Assembly: GCA_050253335.1 (NCBI GenBank)
Contig: JBFWJG010000009.1
Span: 1 to 52,835, forward strand
Reading direction: 5' to 3'
Source: Deferribacterales bacterium
GTDB lineage: Bacteria > Chrysiogenota > Deferribacteres > Deferribacterales > Geovibrionaceae
DNA length: 52,835 nucleotides
The notes beneath the pieces are model-generated. The model did no database searches. It had not been told where the DNA came from and saw nothing but the letters and a program-made list of their open reading frames with translations. Positions 39,714 to 47,962 of the stretch are shown piece after piece. Positions within the stretch are counted from its first letter, which is position 1. Every line of letters starts with the position of its first letter. Made by a program: the position numbers and the translations under genes.

Positions 39714-41858
39714 TTAAATAAGCAGTGCCGCCGCATTGTAGGCGATAACCGCAACAATGAACGCAAGCACAGTGTATCCCACAAGGGCGAAAGCAGTCCA
39801 TTTTCTGCTGCCCGTCTCCTTGTTTATGACAGCGAGTGTCACAAAGCAGGGTGAATACAGCATGGTAAACAGAAGAAAAGCAAATGCTGTCGCAGCTGAC
39901 CATGAAGGATCGCTTGCGAGTCTGGCGGACAGAGGCTCTGACTCTTCCGCGTCAACCTCGCCGAGGGAGTATGCTGTTCCGAGAGTGGAAACAACAAGCT
40001 CTTTCGCCGCAATTCCCGCTATGATGGATATGTTAGTTCTCCAGTCAAAACCGGCAAGCTTGCTCACAGGCTCCATTGCGGTTCCTATTCTGCCGGCGAA
40101 CGAGCTTCTGAGCTCTTCCGAGAGCGCGGCGTTTTCTATTTCAGCCAAAGCTTCCGCTCTGGCTTCTTCATCTGTAATTGTGCTTTCGGCCTGCGCTATC
40201 TGATCTTCATAATATGCGGTTCTTTCCTCGCTCATTCCGGGGAATGTCATAAGCGCCCAGAGAATAACGGAAACAGCGAGGATTATGGTTCCCGCTTTTC
40301 TCACGTACATCCATGTCTTTTCCCAAGCATGGAAAAGAAGACCTCTGGCAGTGGGCATTCTGTAGGGGGGAAGCTCCATGATGAAGACAGACTGCTCCCC
40401 TTTCACTATGGTGAGCCCGAGAAGCTTCGCCATGAGAAGTGCAAGAACCCAGCTTCCGAGAGTGATGCCGAGCATCATTCCGCCTTTGCTGCCGGGCCAG
40501 AAGGCCGCAATAAGAAGAGCATAAACCGGAAGCTTCGCACCGCACGCCATAAACGGAGTGGTGAGAATAGTCAGGAGCCTTTCCTTGGGGCTTTTGATTG
40601 TTCTGGCCGCCATAACGCCGGGGATTGCGCATCCGCCCGCTATGCCGCCACCGACTATGTAGGGAACAACAGAGCTGCCCTGAAGGCCGAAGGCACGGAA
40701 AACACGGTCAAGCATGTAGGCTATCCTTGTCATGTAGCCTGTGTCCTCAAGGATGGCGATTATGAAGAACATGAAAAGAATCAGCGGTGCAAACCCGAGA
40801 ACCCCGCCCACGCCGTCTATAATTCCTGAGATGACAAGTGATTTAAGCAAGCCATCGGGAAGCGCGGCGTCAGCCACTCCGCCCATCCAGCCGAAAAGGC
40901 TCTCTAGCCAGCCCACGGGTGTTTCGCTTGCCCAGAATGTAAACTCATAAAGACCGTAAAGAACGGCAAGCATTATAACAGGGCCGAGAACTCTGTGAGT
41001 GAGCACCTTGTCTGCCTTGTCGGAAAGGTAAAGCCTTTCCATTTCGTTCTCTTTTTTAACCACGTCTTTCAGAACGGATCTGAGATAGCCGTATCTGTAA
41101 TCGGCGATGATTATTTCGGGATATGTATCCAGTGTTTTTTTAAGGTGTTTCTCAACCCTTTCAACGATTGCGGTGAGTTTTCCGTGAACATCGGCAAACG
41201 CTCCGCCTTTTTTCATTATCTCCGCATCATTTTCAAGATATTTCAGCGCAGTCCATCTGGCAGGATAGCTGTCTGTGAGAAAGGATTTTTCATTGATAAT
41301 AGCCTCCATTTCCTCAAGTGCAGGGTCAAGGTCGCTTCCGTAGGATATTCTGAACTCTCTTTTTTCTGACCTGAACTTCAGGATGCCTTCAAGAAGCTCC
41401 TTTTTGCCCACGCCGTCCCTTGCGATTGTTTTAATGACCGGAACGCCGAGTTTTTTGGAGAGAAGATCGGCATCCACACGGATATTTCTCTTCTCCGCCA
41501 TGTCTATCATGTTCAGCGCCACAACCAGAGGCTTGTCAAGCTCCATGAGCTGAACAGCAAGGTAGAGGTTGCGCTCAAGGTTTGAAGCGTCAACAACATC
41601 GACTATTACATCAGGGTTTGTGGTGGTGATAAAGTCTCTGGCGACCACTTCCTCAAGGGAGTAAGCGGTGAGAGAGTAAGTTCCGGGAAGGTCGGTCAGG
41701 ATAATTTCGCTTCCTTCGTAGCTGATTCTGGCTTCTTTCTTCTCAACTGTAACTCCGGCGTAGTTCGCCACTTTGTAGTGCGTTCCGGCGATAAGGTTGA
41801 AAAGGGTTGTTTTTCCGCTGTTGGGGTTGCCCGCCAAAACTGCTTTCAATGCTGACAT
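39714..41858 (-). CDS. feoB: Ferrous iron transporter B (copy 1)
   Basis: GNPNSGKT, NYAGVTVE, DLPGTYS, LEDTGYM, FIMELPPYR. Confidence 0.95.
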   Translation of the reverse strand: MSALKAVLAGNPNSGKTTLFNLIAGTHYKVANYAGVTVEKKEARISYEGSEIILTDLPGTYSLTAYSLEEVVARDFITTTNPDVIVDVVDASNLERNLYLAVQLMELDKPLVVALNMIDMAEKRNIRVDADLLSKKLGVPVIKTIARDGVGKKELLEGILKFRSEKREFRISYGSDLDPALEEMEAIINEKSFLTDSYPARWTALKYLENDAEIMKKGGAFADVHGKLTAIVERVEKHLKKTLDTYPEIIIADYRYGYLRSVLKDVVKKENEMERLYLSDKADKVLTHRVLGPVIMLAVLYGLYEFTFWASETPVGWLESLFGWMGGVADAALPDGLLKSLVISGIIDGVGGVLGFAPLILFMFFIIAILEDTGYMTRIAYMLDRVFRAFGLQGSSVVPYIVGGGIAGGCAIPGVMAARTIKSPKERLLTILTTPFMACGAKLPVYALLIAAFWPGSKGGMMLGITLGSWVLALLMAKLLGLTIVKGEQSVFIMELPPYRMPTARGLLFHAWEKTWMYVRKAGTIILAVSVILWALMTFPGMSEERTAYYEDQIAQAESTITDEEARAEALAEIENAALSEELRSSFAGRIGTAMEPVSKLAGFDWRTNISIIAGIAAKELVVSTLGTAYSLGEVDAEESEPLSARLASDPSWSAATAFAFLLFTMLYSPCFVTLAVINKETGSRKWTAFALVGYTVLAFIVAVIAYNAAALLI

Positions 41859-41862
41859 ATAA

Positions 41863-42096
41863 TTACCCCTTCACTTCAACGTAGATATTGTCCGCTTCGC
41901 TGTTGCGGAGTGTAACCACGGTATCGTTCACTTTCAGCGCAACCGGATCATACAAAGGCGCTCTGCCCGTAACAAGAACCTCCGCGCCCACAGCTATTCC
42001 TATGTCGCGGATGCGGCGGCAAATCTCGCCTTCACAGTTTATTCTGGTTACTCTTCCTTTCTGATTAACTTTCATATTTCTTAATAAGATTTCCAA
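41863..42096 (-). CDS. feoA: FeoA (copy 1; probable TTG start at 42096)
   Basis: RRIRDIGI..G, APLYDP, LRNSEA; GGAGGAGG RBS. Confidence 0.9.
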   Translation of the reverse strand: MEILLRNMKVNQKGRVTRINCEGEICRRIRDIGIAVGAEVLVTGRAPLYDPVALKVNDTVVTLRNSEADNIYVEVKG

Positions 42097-42159
42097 ATTA
42101 ACCTCCTCCAATTTTACTTAGAGTGCCTATTCAAATTTTGTATTCTAAAATTAATTAGT

Positions 42160-42188
42160 GCTATATAACTATGTTACTAGTATGTCAA
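42160..42188 (-). promoter_or_regulatory. Sigma70 promoter of feoAB copy 1
   Basis: TTGACA-N17-TATAGC. Confidence 0.5.
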
Positions 42189-42200
42189 TAGGGAAAATTC

Positions 42201-42221
42201 AATTGACACTAATTATCAATT
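42201..42221. promoter_or_regulatory. Fur-box-like operator between the divergent feo operons
   Basis: TGACACTAATTATCA matches 12/14 of the 7-1-7 TGATAATNATTATCA. Confidence 0.6.
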
Positions 42222-42393
42222 CATCAGCCGAATAGTTTATGAACTCTAGTTCCTGACACATATCTTTTTTTTCAGACGTCCAATTTTTTTGGCAATTACA
42301 TAAATAAAATAATTACAAAAATTATATTGCTTCATCTGAACTTATATACTAATAACTAATTTTATTATATTAATCTAACAAAGTAGGTGAAAC

Positions 42394-42636
42394 ATGCGGA
42401 AAGCTGAAATTTTGACATTGTCCGAGATGAAGACAAACGAAAAAGCACGCATAAAAAACTACTGTGCAAAAGGACTTGTGAAGCAGAAGCTGTATAACAT
42501 GGGGTTCATTCCCGGCTCGGAGATACTCATGGTGCGCACTGCCCCCCTCATGGATCCTATTCAGGTTATGATCCAGAACTGCTTCGTAACCATCAGGAAA
42601 GAAGAAGCCGGAATAATAGAAGTGGAACTGATATGA
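42394..42636 (+). CDS. feoA: FeoA (copy 2)
   Basis: KLYNMGFIPG, APLMDP, IRKEEA. Confidence 0.9.
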   Translation: MRKAEILTLSEMKTNEKARIKNYCAKGLVKQKLYNMGFIPGSEILMVRTAPLMDPIQVMIQNCFVTIRKEEAGIIEVELI

Positions 42637-45035
42637 TAAAGGTTGCCCTTGCCGGACAGCCCAACTGCGGCAAATCCACCATATTCACAATGCTAAGCGG
42701 AGTAAACCAGCACATAGCCAATTATCCGGGTGTCACCGTTGATAAAAAAACCGCTGTGCTGAACTGCGGCGGAACGAAGATTGAGCTTGTTGACCTCCCG
42801 GGAACTTACTCCTTCAGCTCATTTTCCCCGGAAGAGCGTGCAGCCAGAGATTACCTGATAAACGAAACTCCGGATGTAATCATAAACGTAGTAGATGCAT
42901 CCAACATCAAACGCGGGCTGTACCTGACCTTCCAGCTTCTGGAACTGAGAGTTCCGGTTGTGCTTGTGCTGAATATGACGGATGTCGCCAAAAGACGCGG
43001 CATGGAAATTGATGTGAACAAGCTGTCCGAACTGCTCGGAATAAAAGTTGTTGAGGCTGTTGGTTCCAGAAACATAGGCAGAAAGGAGATACTCGGCGCG
43101 GTCGTAGATCCCGCTTCACGGGGTGCGGGGAACTTTGAGATAGACTACGGGGAACTTGAACCATACATAGCAAAATACGCAGAAAAAATAAAAACAGATT
43201 CGACAATATCTGCCAGATGGTTTGCCATAAAAGCCCTTGAGGCTGACGAGGCCGTACCCGTAGAAACAGACATAACTAAAGGCGAGATGGAAGACGAGTG
43301 CAGAAAAATAAATTCCGCCCACGGTCTGGATATAGATTCCTTTCTCGCTTCAATAAGATACCAAAATGCAGAAAGTCTCTGCCGCAAATGTGTAAAGGAA
43401 GCCTCAGAAGGAAAAGAAACCTTAACTTCAAAGGCGGATAAAATAATACTGAACAGATGGCTGGCCTTTCCTTTTCTCGCCGGAGTGATATATCTGGTTT
43501 ACCAGCTTTCCATAGTTACGGGATACAAGCTCACCAACTACACATGGCCTTATATTGCCATGCTGAAAAACTTTATCATATCCGTTCTGCCGGAGCCGCA
43601 GTTCATTGATGTTCCCATACTCACCGATTTCGGAATCTGGATGACGAACAGCGCCTTTGCGCTCCTGAACTATGTGCCTATTTTCCTCATCCTTTTTGCG
43701 CTGATCGCAATCATTGAGGACACAGGCTACATGCCCCGCATAGCCTTCATACTGGACAGGGTGTTTAAGCGGTACGGACTCCATGGTCAGTCCACCCTTC
43801 CCCTTGTTCTCGGCGGTGCGTTTGTGGGCGGCTGCGCTGTTCCCGGAGTAATGGCTACAAAGGGTATAGCGGATGAAAGAGCAAGGCTTGCCACTATCCT
43901 CACTGTTCCTTATATGAACTGCCTTGCGAAGGTTCCGTTCTACACCCTCCTGCTGGGAGCATTCTTTGAAGAGCAGATGACAGTCATGATGTTTTTCATC
44001 TCCACGGTAACAATCTTCATAGCTCTCAGCGTGGCGAGACTTATAACCCTTACCTTCCTCAAAAACAGAGAGACGGCGCCCTTCGTCATGGAGCTTCCTC
44101 CCTATCATCTGCCTACAATAAAGGGTGTTGTGCTCAGAGCATTCCAGAGAGTATGGGTCTACATCAAAAAGGTGGGCGGCATAGTTCTCGCCGTGGCAGT
44201 GGTGCTGTTCGTTTTATTGCAGTTTCCGGGCATTTCACCAGAAAAAAAGGCAGAAATAAACGCACAGGCTGATGCCGCACTGCAAAAACTCTCGGATAAT
44301 GCCGGAAAGACGCAGTACGCGGAAATTCTGGGAGAGAAAGAGAATATCCATAAACTGATAAACCTTTACAACACATACAGGGCAAAAAAAATGACTGCAA
44401 CCTCCCCCGATGCGGCACAAAGGATAGATGCCGCGCTCAAAGCGGAACACCCGCTTATGGCAGGTTTCATAATACCGGAAAACGATGAGCAGAGAACCCT
44501 CAGCAGGGAAATCAGAGCCGTTTCCCGCACTGGGCAGACACTTCTGAACGAAATAAAGACAGAGAAGATACAAAACTCCTTTCTGGGCATGTTCGGCCGC
44601 TCGTTAGAGCCGATCACACAGTTCGCCGGGTTTGACTGGCGTGTTAATGTGGCATTTTTAAGCTCATTCGCAGCCAGAGAAAGCGCAGTCGCCACACTCG
44701 GTTCCATATACGAAACAGGTAACCTCAACCAGAGGGCAGAGGAAGCAATATCCGAAGACGGTCTTTATACCCCGCTTCACGCAGTCGCCATGCTGATATT
44801 CATGATACTGACCCCGCCCTGCATAGCCACAATGATCGTGGTGCGCATGCAGACAGGCTCATACGGGTGGATGATGTTTGCAATTTTCTTCTCTATGGCT
44901 CTGGGCGTGGCGGCGGCATCTGTTTTCTTCACTCTCGGCAGATCCTTAGGCCTCTCAGGGGTGGAAACCATGCTGGCGTTCTATCTCCTCATGGCGGGTT
45001 CGGCTGTTATTGCAGGTTTCATAAAGCCCCGATGA
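42633..45035 (+). CDS. feoB: Ferrous iron transporter B (copy 2, with long extramembrane insertion)
   Basis: GQPNCGKS, NYPGVTVD, DLPGTYS, IEDTGYM, FVMELPPY. Confidence 0.93.
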   Translation: MIKVALAGQPNCGKSTIFTMLSGVNQHIANYPGVTVDKKTAVLNCGGTKIELVDLPGTYSFSSFSPEERAARDYLINETPDVIINVVDASNIKRGLYLTFQLLELRVPVVLVLNMTDVAKRRGMEIDVNKLSELLGIKVVEAVGSRNIGRKEILGAVVDPASRGAGNFEIDYGELEPYIAKYAEKIKTDSTISARWFAIKALEADEAVPVETDITKGEMEDECRKINSAHGLDIDSFLASIRYQNAESLCRKCVKEASEGKETLTSKADKIILNRWLAFPFLAGVIYLVYQLSIVTGYKLTNYTWPYIAMLKNFIISVLPEPQFIDVPILTDFGIWMTNSAFALLNYVPIFLILFALIAIIEDTGYMPRIAFILDRVFKRYGLHGQSTLPLVLGGAFVGGCAVPGVMATKGIADERARLATILTVPYMNCLAKVPFYTLLLGAFFEEQMTVMMFFISTVTIFIALSVARLITLTFLKNRETAPFVMELPPYHLPTIKGVVLRAFQRVWVYIKKVGGIVLAVAVVLFVLLQFPGISPEKKAEINAQADAALQKLSDNAGKTQYAEILGEKENIHKLINLYNTYRAKKMTATSPDAAQRIDAALKAEHPLMAGFIIPENDEQRTLSREIRAVSRTGQTLLNEIKTEKIQNSFLGMFGRSLEPITQFAGFDWRVNVAFLSSFAARESAVATLGSIYETGNLNQRAEEAISEDGLYTPLHAVAMLIFMILTPPCIATMIVVRMQTGSYGWMMFAIFFSMALGVAAASVFFTLGRSLGLSGVETMLAFYLLMAGSAVIAGFIKPR

Positions 45036-45063
45036 GGGCAAAAATAAAAAAAGTGGTGGATTC

Positions 45064-45366
45064 ATGAAAAAATTAATCATCGTTCTTGCGGTTGTTCTCA
45101 CCGCGTCAATGGCTTTTGCCCATACTGCAATTATGGCATGCTTCGCGGAAGGCGAAGGCAAAGTGACATGCGAAGGCGGTTTCAGCGACGGCAGCAGTGC
45201 ATCGGGCACAAAATTCCGTGTGGAACAGAACGGCAAAACAGTTTTCGAAGGCAAGTTTGACCAGAACAGCGAAGTAACCTTCGCCAAGCCTGCGGGAGAA
45301 TATCAGGCTGTGTTTGACGCGGGTGACGGGCACAAAGTTATCGTGAAAAGCAAGGACATCAACTAG
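45064..45366 (+). CDS. Small exported protein in the feo operon (mature N-terminal His)
   Basis: Signal peptide AFA-H; CEGGFSDGS and FDAGDGH. Confidence 0.8.
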   Translation: MKKLIIVLAVVLTASMAFAHTAIMACFAEGEGKVTCEGGFSDGSSASGTKFRVEQNGKTVFEGKFDQNSEVTFAKPAGEYQAVFDAGDGHKVIVKSKDIN

Positions 45367-45632
45367 ACAGTGCTTCTGCCTGCATCCTGCGGCATAAGCA
45401 CACACGCTCGCGCCGTGATGAACACGGCTTCGCTTCGCACGGCGAGGCATACATCCCTGTATGCCGGGTGAACAACCAGACAGTGCTTCTGCCTGCATCC
45501 TGCGGCATAAGCACACACGCTCGCGCCGTGATGAACACGGCTTCGCTTCGCACGGCGAGGCATACATCCCTGTATGCCGGGTGAACAACCAGACAGTGCT
45601 TCTGCCTGCATCCTGCGGCATAAGCACACACG
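45365..45632. repeat. Tandem array of a 113-bp structured element (two full units plus a 42-bp partial)
   Basis: Identical units start at 45365, 45478 and 45591. Confidence 0.95.
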
Positions 45633-45639
45633 TTTTCAG

Positions 45640-45735
45640 GTCATCCTGAATCCCCTCAGGGATGAAGGATCTCAATCTGAGGAAGCGTAGTTACCTGTTA
45701 CGGAGTCTGAGACTCTTCACTCTGTTCAGAGTGAC
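45640..45735. repeat. REP/MITE-like palindromic element (GTCATCCTGA...TCAGAGTGAC type)
   Basis: Bipartite imperfect inverted termini GTCATCCTGAA..TGAAGGATCTCA / TGAGACTCTTCA..TTCAGAGTGAC. Confidence 0.65.
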
Positions 45736-45761
45736 TCACAATTGGAAAATTGAAAACCGGC

Positions 45762-45790
45762 AAAAAAAAAGGCGGGGTCATGCCCCGCCT
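45762..45790 (-). terminator. Intrinsic terminator
   Basis: GGCGGGG-CATGA-CCCCGCC plus T9 on the minus strand. Confidence 0.8.
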
Positions 45791-45928
45791 GTTGACGGGG
45801 TGTAAGATAAGAACCTGCTAATGGTGAGATAATTTAGAAAAATCTCTTAACAGGTGTTTTACACTCCCGTCTCCTTGTGTTAAATATCAAAACTATTTTG
45901 ATGTGTTATTGATAGGAATATTTTGATT

Positions 45929-46240
45929 CTATTCTGAGTCAGTGGGAAGAAAGTTTTCGATTGAAAGGATTGGTTCTTTTTGTTTCGCACGTTTCAGAAT
46001 TATCCTGATTTGGTTCTCAGATAATTTATATTTCAACGCAAGCACTGCATGATTTGAACCGTTAAATTCTTTTATGATTTTCTGGTTTCTTTCAAGACGC
46101 TCCACCATATCTATCTTTGGGATGTAAATTTCGAGACCGCCCATAGCACGAGAAAGCTTCATTGCGGCATCTTTGCCAATGATATTTATAAGATCCTGAA
46201 AGCTATCGCTGTAGTCTTCGTGATAGTATTCTTTACTCAT
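45929..46240 (-). CDS. Mor-family phage transcription activator
   Basis: AMGGLEIYIPK, RNQKIIKEFNGSN, LALKYKLSENQIRIIL. Confidence 0.88.
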   Translation of the reverse strand: MSKEYYHEDYSDSFQDLINIIGKDAAMKLSRAMGGLEIYIPKIDMVERLERNQKIIKEFNGSNHAVLALKYKLSENQIRIILKRAKQKEPILSIENFLPTDSE

Positions 46241-46789
46241 CACAGGCCTCATTTTTTACTTTCAGGAGCTTTCGTTTTTGAGCATCATAAACCCATCTGA
46301 AAGGCAGGACTTCTCCTGTGAAAGTATCAATGAAGTATGATTCATCCAAGCGGATCGGAAACGGCAATGCTTTCATTTTTATGATCTCTGCATCAATTCC
46401 AAGCATGCCCTTCATACCTTCAATGACTTTTGCTGCATCTTGTTTTGTACAGATTTTTTTAACCGCATACGTTTTTCAAGCCAAAGCTGGAAGCCGTTTT
46501 CTCCTGCCTTCCAGACAATGTTGCTTTTTAAGATATCTATAAGTTCAAACTGAAATGATGTTGGCAGTGCCACGATTTTTTTGCCCTTTGGCGCCGCTTT
46601 TCTTGCAGGGATTTTAAAGCCTTTGCCCACAAGATGGGTAATCAGTTTATCAGCCTGAAGTTTTGTGAGCTGCTTTGATGTGGTTACGTTAAATAGTTCT
46701 GAAAGGATACTACGATAGTCTTCATCAGCAATGCTAAGCTTTTGTTTTGCGATGTGAATAAGCTGAACCTGTTTTGCTGTAACAGTCAT
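46233..46789 (-). pseudogene. GemA/gp16 (DUF1018) phage protein split by a frameshift at the A7 run (46454-46460)
   Basis: QLIHIAKQKLSI.DEDYRSIL N-terminus. The -1 frame supplies TKQDAAKVIEGMKGM and joins ORF 46233-46415. Confidence 0.75.
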
Positions 46790-46891
46790 AATACCTCCGC
46801 TGTGAAGTATACCCTTCTGAAACTGCTAAACTTAAGCAGCTTTAGGAGAGTCCCCGCCAAAAGGCGGGGAACTTCTTGAGTGATTTATAAT

Positions 46892-47398
46892 TTATTGCGG
46901 ATTTAACCGTCCGCTTCCCGGTTCCTTAATTTTCTCAAGATTTGTTTTGATTCGGAAAGAGTCCTTAGTTGTGCGATTCAACCCTAGTTTAACCAGATCT
47001 TCATCCTTCAGCTCCGTGAGCTTATCTTTATCCACTGTTTCGGTATATGATATACAGTCAGAAAGACCGAAGGCTTTCAGGCTTTTGATAAGAGCGTCAA
47101 GTTTTGCCTTAACTCTGGGAATTGGTACTGTTTTGACCAGCCTGTAAGCAACCTCTCCGAAGGTAAGTTCCTTACTGCGTTTAACAGCAAACTCTGCCTT
47201 ATTTGCCTCGCAAAAGCCTTCTACTGCCTTCTCTAATCTTTTTTTCTCCGCTGCTATATCAGCTAATGCTGTTTTCGTATCTTCTTTTACAGCATTAATT
47301 TTCAAAGTCATTTCCCCTTCGATGTTTGCTATGGCTATTTCTTTTTCACCGATGAGGCGCAGCGCAGTGTCCACGTCATTCCAATTCTGTATAACCAT
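46892..47398 (-). CDS. gam: Mu Gam-like host-nuclease inhibitor
   Basis: W.DVD.AL..IG, coiled coil, KRSKELTFGEVAYR, ETVDKD. Confidence 0.85.
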   Translation of the reverse strand: MVIQNWNDVDTALRLIGEKEIAIANIEGEMTLKINAVKEDTKTALADIAAEKKRLEKAVEGFCEANKAEFAVKRSKELTFGEVAYRLVKTVPIPRVKAKLDALIKSLKAFGLSDCISYTETVDKDKLTELKDEDLVKLGLNRTTKDSFRIKTNLEKIKEPGSGRLNPQ

Positions 47399-47422
47399 TT
47401 GAGATCTCCTCTGTTCATTTTT

Positions 47423-47623
47423 CTAATTCGGCACATCATTCAAGAGTGTCATGTGCTGCAATTTGTGCATAATCGCTTCAAGCGAACTGGCAAGCATTCT
47501 TAAAGTCTCGTTTCCATTCGCAAAATATAGTTCTTCACTGGGCCCTTTAACTACCTCAACGGCAACATAACCACCTTCTGACATTTCCAGCTTCAAAATA
47601 AAAAATGCTTTTTTCTTGCTCAT
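47423..47623 (-). CDS. Hypothetical phage protein
   Basis: ATGA-coupled ORF within the phage operon. Confidence 0.65.
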   Translation of the reverse strand: MSKKKAFFILKLEMSEGGYVAVEVVKGPSEELYFANGNETLRMLASSLEAIMHKLQHMTLLNDVPN

Positions 47624-47961
47624 ACAGCGTTCTCGAAAACACGTTTTGCTTCCCTCTCAGAGAACCGGAGATATTCTTCCGCAAGAACCTCAAGTAAGGT
47701 TTCAGCTGCTTCGTGAGAAAGTCCGGCAGTATCTCCAGTTCGTGCTGCGAACAGATAAATCTTTTCGCATTTTGTTTTTTCAGCTATAACATAAACGGGA
47801 GCCCTTAACAGAGGACAAGGGGCAGAGTTCGCCAAAACTCTTACTGCCGCTTGTTCACGGGTTTCCCCTTCTTTGACTTCTCCGATGAGAAGTCTGCGTC
47901 CGTTGGTGTGCACGACTATCCTTCTGTCGTTCCTGATTAAGTAAATTCCGACCTTTTCCAT
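47620..47961 (-). CDS. Phage protein with degenerate Nudix-like box
   Basis: GEVKEGETREQAAVRVL; tightly packed in the operon. Confidence 0.65.
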   Translation of the reverse strand: MEKVGIYLIRNDRRIVVHTNGRRLLIGEVKEGETREQAAVRVLANSAPCPLLRAPVYVIAEKTKCEKIYLFAARTGDTAGLSHEAAETLLEVLAEEYLRFSEREAKRVFENAV

Positions 47962-47962
47962 T

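Noticed and set aside
45365..45632. CRISPR array
   Set aside because: Intervening 71-bp segments are identical and no cas genes are present; it is a tandem repeat
45106..45675. Repetitive ORFs on both strands over the array
   Set aside because: Translation artefacts of the 113-bp repeat
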